Shown here: one piece after another, positions 19,825-30,228 of the stretch
How positions within the stretch are numbered: the stretch's first letter is position 1
Layout of the letters: the number at the start of each line of letters is the position of its first letter
Assembly: GCA_963662335.2 (NCBI GenBank)
Contig: CAXXVD010000002.1
Coordinates: 64,001-128,000, forward strand
Source: Chloroflexota bacterium
Lineage (GTDB): Bacteria; Chloroflexota; UBA11872; VXOZ01
Reading direction: 5' to 3'
Length of the DNA: 64,000 bases
The notes under the pieces: model-generated
Told to the model about the DNA's origin: nothing
The model's input: only the letters and a program-made list of their open reading frames with translations
The model's database searches: none
Translations under genes and position numbers: made by a program

Positions 19825-20748
19825 ATGAGCGACACTAGCCCCGTCATTCAGACGGAAGGACTCACCAAGCGCTACGGCAAGATCCTCGCCGTGGACAATC
19901 TCTCGTTGACCGTGCCGCGCGGCCACGTCTTTGGCCTATTGGGCCCCAACGGCTCCGGCAAAACCACCACCATGGGCATGTTGCTGGGCTTGGTGGCGCC
20001 CACCGCCGGCAGCTTTCGCTTGTTTGGCGGGAGCGGGAACCACCAGAACGCCCTGCGCCGGGTGGGCGCGATTGTGGAGACGCCGGCCTTCTATCCCTAC
20101 CTTTCGGGGCGCGACAACCTGGCCTACTTCCAGGGCGTGCTGGGTCGCGGCACTGCCAAAGAACTCGACGACCTGCTGGCGCGGGTCGGCCTGGCGGAGC
20201 GCGGCGGCGACCGCTTCCACACCTACTCCCTGGGCATGAAGCAGCGCCTGGGCCTGGCCTACGCCCTGCTGGGCGACCCGGAGTTGCTCTTCCTGGACGA
20301 ACCCACCAACGGCATGGACCCGGCCGGCATGGCCGAAATCCGCGACTTGATTCGCAGCCTGGGCACGGAAGACCGCACGGTATTCCTCTCCAGCCACCTG
20401 CTCAACGAGGTGGAGCAGGTCTGCGACAGCCTGGTCATCCTCTCCAAGGGCAAACTGATCGCCCAGGGCAGCGTGGCCGACCTGCTGCAAGGGCGCGGCC
20501 AGACCCGCCTGCGCACTACCGATAACGCGCAGGCGCTCACGATTCTCTCGGCCCTGGACTGGGTTGAGGAAGCCAAGCTGGACGGCGAGACCCTGGTGGT
20601 GACGGCCCCGCCGGAGCGCGCGCCGGAACTGAGCGCGGCCCTGGGCCAGGCTGAAATCTACGTCACCGAGATGACCAGCGGCGCGGAATCCCTGGAAAGC
20701 TACTTCCTGGAAATCACCGCCGCGGAGGAAGGAGAGGCAGCCACATGA
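19825..20748 (+). CDS. ABC exporter ATP-binding protein
   Basis: GPNGSGKTT, YSLGMKQR, LDEPTNG, SSH motifs. Confidence 0.95.
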   Translation: MSDTSPVIQTEGLTKRYGKILAVDNLSLTVPRGHVFGLLGPNGSGKTTTMGMLLGLVAPTAGSFRLFGGSGNHQNALRRVGAIVETPAFYPYLSGRDNLAYFQGVLGRGTAKELDDLLARVGLAERGGDRFHTYSLGMKQRLGLAYALLGDPELLFLDEPTNGMDPAGMAEIRDLIRSLGTEDRTVFLSSHLLNEVEQVCDSLVILSKGKLIAQGSVADLLQGRGQTRLRTTDNAQALTILSALDWVEEAKLDGETLVVTAPPERAPELSAALGQAEIYVTEMTSGAESLESYFLEITAAEEGEAAT

Positions 20749-21794
20749 TCGGCCAGGTCTTGCGACTTACCGTCTGGGAGTGGCACAAGCTCCGCCGCCG
20801 GGCGCTGCCCTGGATACTGCTGGGAATCGTCGTCGTCCTGATGCAGGTAGCGGTCTGGGGCGCGTACGCCGTGTACCGCACCGAACCCTTCTCGCCGACG
20901 CACGGCGTTTCCATTAACGATGAGACTGACGAAGACGTAACGGTGTTCGAAGCGTCATGGACGTGCAAGGACGTGCGCGGCGACCGCATCCCGCCGGAGG
21001 TGGAGAACGTCGCCGACGAGCATCGGGAACGCGCGCTCGCCAGTGTGGAGGGTTTCCGCGAAACGTGTGAAGGCTACGAGGAGTTCCGCGCGTTCACGAG
21101 CAACGCGGTCCTGCTGCCGAACAGCATTCTCCTGGGCTTCGACCTGCTGCAAGGCACCCTGTTCATTCTCGTCAGCATCCTGGCCGCGGCGGCGCTGGGC
21201 GGTGAATACGGCTGGGGCACGCTGCGCACGGTGTTGACCAAAGGCGCGGGCCGCTGGCAGTTTCTGACGGCAAAGCTCCTCGCCGTCATGTTCAAGACGC
21301 TGGTGGGACTGGCCATTGCCGCGGCCGGGGTGGCCCTGAGCAGCCTCTTGATTAGCGCGCTGGGCCTGGAAGTGGAAACGCCGCTGGGCTTGGCGGAATG
21401 GCCGGACGTGCCGCTGAAGATCGGCGCGCTGCTCTATAGCTTCTTGCCGTACGTCATGCTGGCGCTGCTCATCACGGCCCTCGCCCAGTCCACGGCTGCG
21501 GGCATCACCGCGTTTGTCGTTTACTACCTAATCGAGGCAACGCTCTTCCCGCCCCTGGAGAATCTGGACTGGTTCAAGCGGGTGTCCGAGTACCTGCTCA
21601 GCCCCAACGCCGATGCCTTGCTTGCTTCGACCTACGGCGAGGTCTCCGTCACGCTCGGCAACGGCGGCGGCAACGGCGCACAGCCGGACGTCCTCCACGC
21701 CATGGTCGTGTTGGCGGTCTACACCCTCGTCTTCGGCGCGGCCACGTTCTGGCTCTTCCAACGGCGGGACATCGCGGGGGCGAAAGGCGGCTAA
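20745..21794 (+). CDS. ABC-2 type permease
   Basis: GEYGWGTLR motif, ~6 TM helices, FQRRDI C-terminus, ATGA coupling. Confidence 0.9.
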   Translation: MIGQVLRLTVWEWHKLRRRALPWILLGIVVVLMQVAVWGAYAVYRTEPFSPTHGVSINDETDEDVTVFEASWTCKDVRGDRIPPEVENVADEHRERALASVEGFRETCEGYEEFRAFTSNAVLLPNSILLGFDLLQGTLFILVSILAAAALGGEYGWGTLRTVLTKGAGRWQFLTAKLLAVMFKTLVGLAIAAAGVALSSLLISALGLEVETPLGLAEWPDVPLKIGALLYSFLPYVMLALLITALAQSTAAGITAFVVYYLIEATLFPPLENLDWFKRVSEYLLSPNADALLASTYGEVSVTLGNGGGNGAQPDVLHAMVVLAVYTLVFGAATFWLFQRRDIAGAKGG

Positions 21795-21852
21795 GCGGCC
21801 GGCGATCCGATCGCGACTTAGCAGGCGGCGGGCTTTAGGCAGTTTCGCTCCC

Positions 21853-21887
21853 AAAGTGGGCGCAGGGTTGCATCCTGCGCCCACTTT
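21853..21887. terminator. Hairpin, probable intrinsic terminator (could also be REP-like)
   Basis: AAAGTGGGCGCAGG...CCTGCGCCCACTTT perfect stem after the permease. Confidence 0.55.
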
Positions 21888-22199
21888 CTCCATACACAAG
21901 AGAGCCGACATTCGCGCAATCGATAGACTGAGACGGAAGCAATGCAGACACCGGTGTGCTCGCTGTTGATAGTAGGGGAAACTGTCAAGAAACTTTGCGT
22001 AGCACGGTCGCATTCTGGCTACAATGGATCGGCCATAGGAGTACAAGAGTTAGAGAATGTAGAGAGTGCTGTAGTCATGGGCAGTAGATGCGAAGAGCTC
22101 CGAAAGGAGGACGGACAACAATTCTCTTCGTCAGCCGCCCTGAATGTTCAGGGGCTGGTTGCCATCTGCGAGTGCTCGGACAGTCAGGATACGCTCACG

Positions 22200-22730
22200 C
22201 TAGATAAGCCCGGCTCCTTCAAGAGTTTGGTAAGCGCTTTCAATTGTCTGTCGATTGAATTTTGGCTTTATCTCGCCGACAGTCCTCAAGACTTCATCCT
22301 TAGACTGCTCTTCGTGCACCCCAGCAATAAAGTGGATTGTGGCAGAAAGCTCAAGCACATGGGTATCGAGAGAATTGAGTGCGCTAATCGCTCCATCGAT
22401 TTCTGCCCCATTAGAGAATTCCGATATGTCCTGTGCTTGCGACCAGGCTCCTCCATCTGCCGTACCCGGCGTCACATGAAATCCGAATCCGTCAGGGTCA
22501 GGATTGATGTCGACTAATCCAAGCGCCTTAGCAAGGGATAGCACACCGTCAAGATCATCCGAATAGGGACCAAAGTAATGTATCCTGAATCGGTACTCTA
22601 AAGGAGCGCCGACTGATTCTTGCAGAAAGTACGTAATCTTCTGGATCTTGGTCTTGCCAATGTCCTGACACGAGGAAACTATCCTCTCAACGATCGCCAA
22701 TCTAAATGACAGCAGTTGTTGGTCTCTCAT
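22200..22730 (-). CDS. YwgA/Panacea(SocA)/DarG-C-terminal-like protein
   Basis: GKTKIQKITYFLQ...FGPYSDDL...LELSATIHF...KPKF motifs; AGGAG RBS. Confidence 0.75.
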   Translation of the reverse strand: MRDQQLLSFRLAIVERIVSSCQDIGKTKIQKITYFLQESVGAPLEYRFRIHYFGPYSDDLDGVLSLAKALGLVDINPDPDGFGFHVTPGTADGGAWSQAQDISEFSNGAEIDGAISALNSLDTHVLELSATIHFIAGVHEEQSKDEVLRTVGEIKPKFNRQTIESAYQTLEGAGLI

Positions 22731-22742
22731 GGTTTGCTCCTT

Positions 22743-24050
22743 CTAGTTTACTATTGTGCCACAAAATCCTGCTATTTCTCTCTCTAAGGCTTCGTCTTCT
22801 CCAACGTCAGCATATACTCTAAACTGAATGACTTCGTCTAAGCCATACAGAGCCTTAGAGAGGCTCTTGAGAGAGGCCCACCTACCGTCTCTTCTTTGAA
22901 TCGACAACTCCTCGTCGCCCATTTTGTATCTCTCTGGATGGTCGGTTGCTTTGTCAGTCCAGATTTCGACATTGGGATAGTTGGCTTGCAACTCTTGAGG
23001 CAGCAGCATCGCGCGGTTAACTAACGCTGAGTCGGCGTGATCGCCAGTTTGAAAGACGGGCTTCGGGTGCTTTCGGGCGGCCAGTCTCCACGCCAGGTTC
23101 CTCGCGCCCTCGTCCCGACGCTCGTTCAACTCCGCCAAGACGTTCCAGTCACTCCATTTAATGTACTCTGCTACTTGGTCGGGGTAGTGTTCCAAGTCTA
23201 GCCTGTCTTGCAGTAGCTCATGAATGAAGTCGGTCAGTATCAGATCGTATGCGCGGCGAACCGCATGAAAATACACCTGGGTGAACATAAAATACCTTGC
23301 TAGAATAAATCCCTCTATTGCGTGAATGCCACCGTATTCAACTCCCAGCCTGAGAACGCCGTCCGGGTTTTCGTCATAGAGCGTAATCGTATCGATAATT
23401 CTGTCCAGGTCAAACGAGCCATATCGAACGCCGCAATACAATGAGTCGCGTAGCAGGTAGTCCATCTTGTCGACGTCCCACACACTGTCAATCAGCTCTC
23501 GCACGAATCCAACTTCATATATTCCTCTCTCTTGGAGTATGGCAACTACCCTCTGCGTAGTCACGCCGAAATTACGTTCCAAGTCGTCGATGATGGGACA
23601 TATCCCCATCTCAGGCGAGAGCACTATCTCTTCACTGTATTGTTCGTGCTGTTTGCCTTTTGGAAATAGCGTCTTCTCTCCCGTGTGAGAGAACGGCGCA
23701 TGGCCAATGTCGTGCAGCAGTCCAGCTAGGCGAGCCTCCAACACGATCTGATCCACTTTCGATTTGAATTCGCCCTCAGACCATCCTTGTCTCTCTTTTA
23801 GTAGCTGCTTGTGCTTAGGGTGCCGAAGTATCTTCTCGACGAATCGCCCCGCTAGGTGCATCACGCCCAATGAGTGGCCGAAACGAGAGTGCTCCGCGCC
23901 GTGATAAACGTATGAGGACAGTCCCAATTGCCGAATGCCGCGCAGCCGCTGAAAGACTGGCGTGTCGATTATCTCCTTTTCCCAATCGAATACACCAATA
24001 TACCCGTGTATCGGGTCTCTGAAAGTTCTGGTCGGTTCAGGCAAAGGCAT
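22743..24050 (-). CDS. HD-domain phosphohydrolase, SAMHD1/YwfO-like dNTP triphosphohydrolase
   Basis: RDPIHG, FQRLRGIRQLG, HSRFGHSLG, LLHDIGHAPFSH, DVDKMDYLLRDS, QVYFH. Confidence 0.92.
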   Translation of the reverse strand: MPLPEPTRTFRDPIHGYIGVFDWEKEIIDTPVFQRLRGIRQLGLSSYVYHGAEHSRFGHSLGVMHLAGRFVEKILRHPKHKQLLKERQGWSEGEFKSKVDQIVLEARLAGLLHDIGHAPFSHTGEKTLFPKGKQHEQYSEEIVLSPEMGICPIIDDLERNFGVTTQRVVAILQERGIYEVGFVRELIDSVWDVDKMDYLLRDSLYCGVRYGSFDLDRIIDTITLYDENPDGVLRLGVEYGGIHAIEGFILARYFMFTQVYFHAVRRAYDLILTDFIHELLQDRLDLEHYPDQVAEYIKWSDWNVLAELNERRDEGARNLAWRLAARKHPKPVFQTGDHADSALVNRAMLLPQELQANYPNVEIWTDKATDHPERYKMGDEELSIQRRDGRWASLKSLSKALYGLDEVIQFRVYADVGEDEALEREIAGFCGTIVN

Positions 24051-24189
24051 GGCGAGTCTCGGCAAGGACCTATCTTCTACTGAGGTGAGTTTAGCACTGA
24101 AGCGGTGACATAGTCTCGCGACTGTCGCTCAAAGCCGTAGTAGGGCAGGGTTTAGGCAGATGGTTAGTCTCACAGAGAACAAAACCCAA

Positions 24190-24378
24190 ATGGCCCGAGT
24201 CGCTCGACGACATCAAGGAACGCTATGCGGCGTTAGATTTGAAACTGGAGGTCGCTGGGCCGGAGGACATCGACGCCGCGCCTGCTGGTCTTTCCGTATG
24301 AGTACGACGACAGTCTGGCTAAGGTGGTGTTAGAGACGAGCGATTTCACAGCGGTCTGCCCGTGGACCGGACTGACGG
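24190..24378 (+). pseudogene. queF: Degenerate 5' copy of queF
   Basis: Colinear with 28267-28459; two frameshifting indels; truncated after VCPWTG. Confidence 0.85.
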
Positions 24379-24402
24379 CGGAAACCGTTCAGGAGGCGTC
24401 AT
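24376..24402 (-). pseudogene. First ~9 codons (MTPPERFPP) of a probable HEPN partner gene
   Basis: ATG overlaps the MNT 3' end; sequence switches abruptly to the queF remnant. Confidence 0.5.
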
Positions 24403-24718
24403 ACACGACAATTCCTTCTGCGAGCGCGGGCTTGATGACCAGCGCGTGGCTGTCCCGGTAGCGCTCTACGTCCGCGGGCGAGACCATTACGGCGTCTACC
24501 GCCGCGCCGACGCCGTGCAGCCTGCGGTAGACTTGCCCCACCAATTTGCGCGAGTGCCCGCCTTCTCGGACAATGAGCAGGTCCACATCGCTATTGGAGC
24601 CCATGTCGCCGCGAGCGGCAGAGCCGAAGAGGATGATCTTCTCCGGGCGGACAGTCTCGACAATCCGGCTGACGATGTCCGCCAATACCGCTTCATCGAG
24701 CGTCATGGGACAATCCAA
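24389..24718 (-). CDS. Minimal nucleotidyltransferase (MNT, MntA-like antitoxin)
   Basis: IILFGSAARG...SDVDLL motif. Confidence 0.9.
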   Translation of the reverse strand: MDCPMTLDEAVLADIVSRIVETVRPEKIILFGSAARGDMGSNSDVDLLIVREGGHSRKLVGQVYRRLHGVGAAVDAVMVSPADVERYRDSHALVIKPALAEGIVVYDAS

Positions 24719-24980
24719 TTCTCTGCTATCGCGCGTTTATTTCCGCGTCCGCCTCACGGCAGCGACAAAGGTCTCGCCGGGCGGCGTGCCAACGGCCGCT
24801 GCCAGCAACATACCACGCAGGTGGACTTGAGCCAAGCCGGTCCGGTTCCTGGCGGCGCCGGTCGTTTTGGGCGCAGCCGGTTCAACGCCAACGCTCTTCC
24901 CTAGACATGAGTGTGCTAGAATCGCTTCAACTGATCGGCAGTGGTCCCGGTCGGCGCGCGGCGGCCTTTAGGGGGAACCG

Positions 24981-25370
24981 ATGGCCACACTCAGCATATT
25001 CGTGAGTTTCGAGTTTGACAAAGACGAGAACCTCAAGAGCAAGTTCTACGCAGAGGCCAAGAGTGAGACGCACCATCGGGTGGTTAATAGGGCGCTAAAC
25101 GAAGCGTATCCGAGTAACGCTTGGAAGAAGAAGGCGCGGGAAGCCATAGTAGCAAGTGACGTTGTCGTCGTCTTGATCGGTCAGGACACGCACAACGCGC
25201 AAGGCGTCAGAGTGGAAACGGACATGGCGCGCGGCCGGCAGAAGCCAATTATCCAGATTAGGCCGCAGGGCAGCACACACACCGGGCTAAAGCATCTCAA
25301 CAAGCCAATCGCGTGGCACTGGCAGACCATCAACGCCAAGCTGGATGCTATAGCGCCGCGGAAACGTTGA
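24981..25370 (+). CDS. MTH538/ThsB-like TIR domain protein
   Basis: IFVSFEF, SDVVVVLIGQDT, GVRVE (catalytic Glu position), KPIIQI, terminal WxW. Confidence 0.85.
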   Translation: MATLSIFVSFEFDKDENLKSKFYAEAKSETHHRVVNRALNEAYPSNAWKKKAREAIVASDVVVVLIGQDTHNAQGVRVETDMARGRQKPIIQIRPQGSTHTGLKHLNKPIAWHWQTINAKLDAIAPRKR

Positions 25371-25413
25371 GCGGCCCCGTCAAGCTGCGGCATAACGGAG
25401 AGAGGAAGACGCG

Positions 25414-25854
25414 ATGGCAAGCGCAAACCTGGATGTAGAGTCCGCCGCCGTTCAGACTCATCTCACCATCATGCAAGACGTGATACGGCGCATGGCGGAG
25501 AACAGCCGCTCGTGCAAGGTATGGTGCGTCACGCTGGTTGCCGCCGTCCTGGTTTTGGCGGCGCAGAACGGCAACGCCGATCACGCCTTGATCGCGCTGG
25601 TTCCCGCGCTCCTCTTTCTCGTGCTCGACACCTACTACCTGGCTTTGGAGCGCGGCTTCCGCAATTCATACGACGCGTTTGTCCGCAAGCTGCATTGCGG
25701 CACGCTAACCCCCTGCGACCTCTACGTCGTCAAGCCAACGGAAGCCATCCCCAAGCTGTTCCTGCAATGCCTGCCGTCCTTCTCGATCTGGCCCTTCTAC
25801 GTGATGGTAGCGGGCATGGCAGTCATCCTTGCCCGGTGGTTGATAGCCCCTTGA
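25414..25854 (+). CDS. Three-TM membrane protein, TIR-associated candidate effector
   Basis: HLxxMQxVIxRMAxNSxxxKxW, LDTYYLALERGFR, SFSIWPFY; co-directional, 43 bp after the TIR gene. Confidence 0.75.
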   Translation: MASANLDVESAAVQTHLTIMQDVIRRMAENSRSCKVWCVTLVAAVLVLAAQNGNADHALIALVPALLFLVLDTYYLALERGFRNSYDAFVRKLHCGTLTPCDLYVVKPTEAIPKLFLQCLPSFSIWPFYVMVAGMAVILARWLIAP

Positions 25855-26018
25855 CGCTGCGGGGAGAGGAAGTGAGTAGGGAGGCCCCGGTTTAGCCCAC
25901 TTCCGCAAGAGGCTTGGCTTCCTGGAGCTAGCGGACACCGCGCACGGGCATTGTTCCGCGCTTGTCCCGCGCCGCCGCTTCACGAACCGCGTTCCAGGTA
26001 GTAGAATGCTACCCGTAG

Positions 26019-28214
<2,196 letters not shown>

Positions 28215-28239
28215 AACGAGCGAGGCGCGCGCCGGCGCC

Positions 28240-28707
28240 ATGAGCGGTAGCAAGAAGGAGGCGCCGGTGGCCGAGTCATTGGACGACATCAAGGAGCGCT
28301 ATGAAGCGCTTGACGTGAAACTGGACGTTGCCGGTGAGGAGGCCATCGACACCGCGCTCTTGCTGGTCTTTCCGTATGAGTACGACGACAATCCGGCTGA
28401 GGTGGTGATAAAGACCAGCGAGTTTACGGCGGTCTGTCCGTGGACCGGGCTGCCGGACACCGGCGACCTGACGATTACCTACGTGCCGGACTTGTATTGC
28501 CTCGAACTCAAGTCGCTCAAGTTCTACCTGCTTACCTACCGGCAGGTGGGCATCGTGCAGGAGCACGCCGCCGGCCGCATCTTGAACGACCTGGCGCAGG
28601 CGTGCCGCCCCCGCGCGCTGACCGTGCGCCTCGACTATACGCCCCGGGGCGGCCTGCACACGGTGGTCACCGCGCGCTACCCACCGGAGAAGGCTTCTTG
28701 CGCCTGA
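28240..28707 (+). CDS. queF: preQ0 reductase QueF (short type)
   Basis: EFTAVCPWTGLPD, ELKSLKFYL, QEH, PRGG motifs. Confidence 0.95.
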   Translation: MSGSKKEAPVAESLDDIKERYEALDVKLDVAGEEAIDTALLLVFPYEYDDNPAEVVIKTSEFTAVCPWTGLPDTGDLTITYVPDLYCLELKSLKFYLLTYRQVGIVQEHAAGRILNDLAQACRPRALTVRLDYTPRGGLHTVVTARYPPEKASCA

Positions 28708-28802
28708 GCCCTCATTTGGGCCGTCTCATTTGGTTGGCTGTCTACCCCAGCTGTCATTCCGAGCGCAGCGAGGAATCTAGGGCGCAGAAGCGGTTCGCGA
28801 GC

Positions 28803-28964
28803 CGCCGCTGTCGCATTGAACAGTGCGAGGGGAAATCTCGTCCCCAGTATCCCCGGTTGCGCAGGTCTGTAACCTGCGAAGCATTAGGGCTAGTGCTCTA
28901 TGGGTCGGTTGCCCTAACTCCGGCGGGGGACAAGCCTCCGCGCTACATTAGTGCGACAACATTG
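28803..28964. mobile_element. Degenerate copy of the IS4-like MITE
   Basis: Right end TTAGTGCGACAACATTG, decayed left end, same internal hairpins. Confidence 0.55.
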
Positions 28965-29082
28965 GCGACAAGCCCCCGCGCTGCGCCAAGACTCGGCATG
29001 ACGCAGGGGCGGTTCGCGAACCGCCTCTACGTCATTGGCGCGCGCATGGTCGGGGGGAGAACACCGCCGCGGGCAACGGCGC

Positions 29083-29835
29083 TTAGGCGTTCGCTGTCTC
29101 CGCGGCGTTCACGCTCGCCGCCGGGTCGCCGCCGAAGATACCGAACGGATTGAGCGAGCGCGGCGCGTCGTAGACGTCCATGCGCTCGGTGCGCTTGAGC
29201 CAGCCCACCACCAGGTAGGTCAGCGGCGTGGCGGCGATTTCGTAGGCGGTCTTGGCGAGCCAGGCGAGTATCATGGCGCGCGCCACCTCCTCCGCCGGCC
29301 AGAAGCCGGAGAGGCCGAACGCGATGCCGTAGAAGATGAACGAATCGACGCCTTGCCCCACAAACGTGGACGATATGGTGCGCAGCCAGAGAAAACGGCC
29401 CTGGGTGCGGTTCTTCAGCACCACCATTACCGTGGCGTTTGTGAATTCACCCACCAGGTACGCGGCGAACGAGCCGAGCAGCACCCAGCCGGTGGCGCCG
29501 AGGATTGCTGCGTAAGCGTCTTGGTCTTCCCAGAAGCCGGGAGCCGGCAGCGCGCCGCCCAGCCAGAAGATGACCACCATGAGCAGATTGCAGCCGAAAC
29601 CCAGCCAGATTACGCCCCGCGCCACGCGAAAGCCGTACACCTCGGTCAGCACGTCGCTGATGATGTAGCTCAGCGGAAAGCAGATAACGGCCACCGATAC
29701 GACGAAAGCCGTACTGCCGAGAAACGTGAACGGCAGGTCGAAGAGCGTGAGCGGCTTGGCGGCAATGATGTTGCTCACCAGCAGCACGGTGACGGCGATG
29801 GCAATGATAACGACCAGCTTGCCGGAAAACCGCAT
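29083..29835 (-). CDS. yhhQ: Queuosine precursor transporter (YhhQ/Vut_1 family)
   Basis: SNIIAAK, FPLSYIISDVLTEVYG, LWLRTISST, GQGVDS. Confidence 0.92.
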   Translation of the reverse strand: MRFSGKLVVIIAIAVTVLLVSNIIAAKPLTLFDLPFTFLGSTAFVVSVAVICFPLSYIISDVLTEVYGFRVARGVIWLGFGCNLLMVVIFWLGGALPAPGFWEDQDAYAAILGATGWVLLGSFAAYLVGEFTNATVMVVLKNRTQGRFLWLRTISSTFVGQGVDSFIFYGIAFGLSGFWPAEEVARAMILAWLAKTAYEIAATPLTYLVVGWLKRTERMDVYDAPRSLNPFGIFGGDPAASVNAAETANA

Positions 29836-29967
29836 GGATTCTCTCTTCCCTACCTACGGACGGGGAGGTGTGCCGGGAGTGTCGCAGGCAGTATAGTGGA
29901 AGGCGCGTGATTGGTTCAAGGCGCGGCGCGCGCGACAACCGTCAGCCGTAACGCGGGGACTTGTCCC

Positions 29968-30130
29968 CAATGTTGTCGCATTAACGTAGCGCGGGGGCTT
30001 GTCCCCCGCCGGAGCCATTGAAACTGGCACGAAAAAGAATTGACCTAACAGCATCGCAGGTTACAAACCTGCGCTACCAGAAGTCTCGAACTCGAGTTTT
30101 GCTGTCTTTCTGATTAATGCGACAACATTA
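29968..30130. mobile_element. IS4-like MITE inserted in a family C REP
   Basis: 17-bp TIRs CAATGTTGTCGCATTAA / TTAATGCGACAACATTA; 11-bp flanking repeats GGACTTGTCCC / GGGCTTGTCCC. Confidence 0.8.
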
Positions 30131-30228
30131 GGGCTTGTCCCCCGCCGGCCGCGTGGCGGAGCATGTCACGGGCTGGGCGCGAATGGCAACCATTGGTTCA
30201 ACAATAGGCGTGGAATCTCTCGCGCTGC

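Noticed and set aside
5278-21933. 13-bp inverted match GTCTCAGTCTATC / GATAGACTGAGAC as possible element ends
   Set aside because: 13-mer matches are expected by chance in 64 kb; no target duplication or transposase
21942-22517. 191 aa plus-strand ORF
   Set aside because: Overlaps the YwgA-like gene antisense and has no protein-like features
29836-29945. preQ1 riboswitch upstream of yhhQ
   Set aside because: No preQ1-I stem-loop with A-rich tail recognisable; an Rfam scan would be needed
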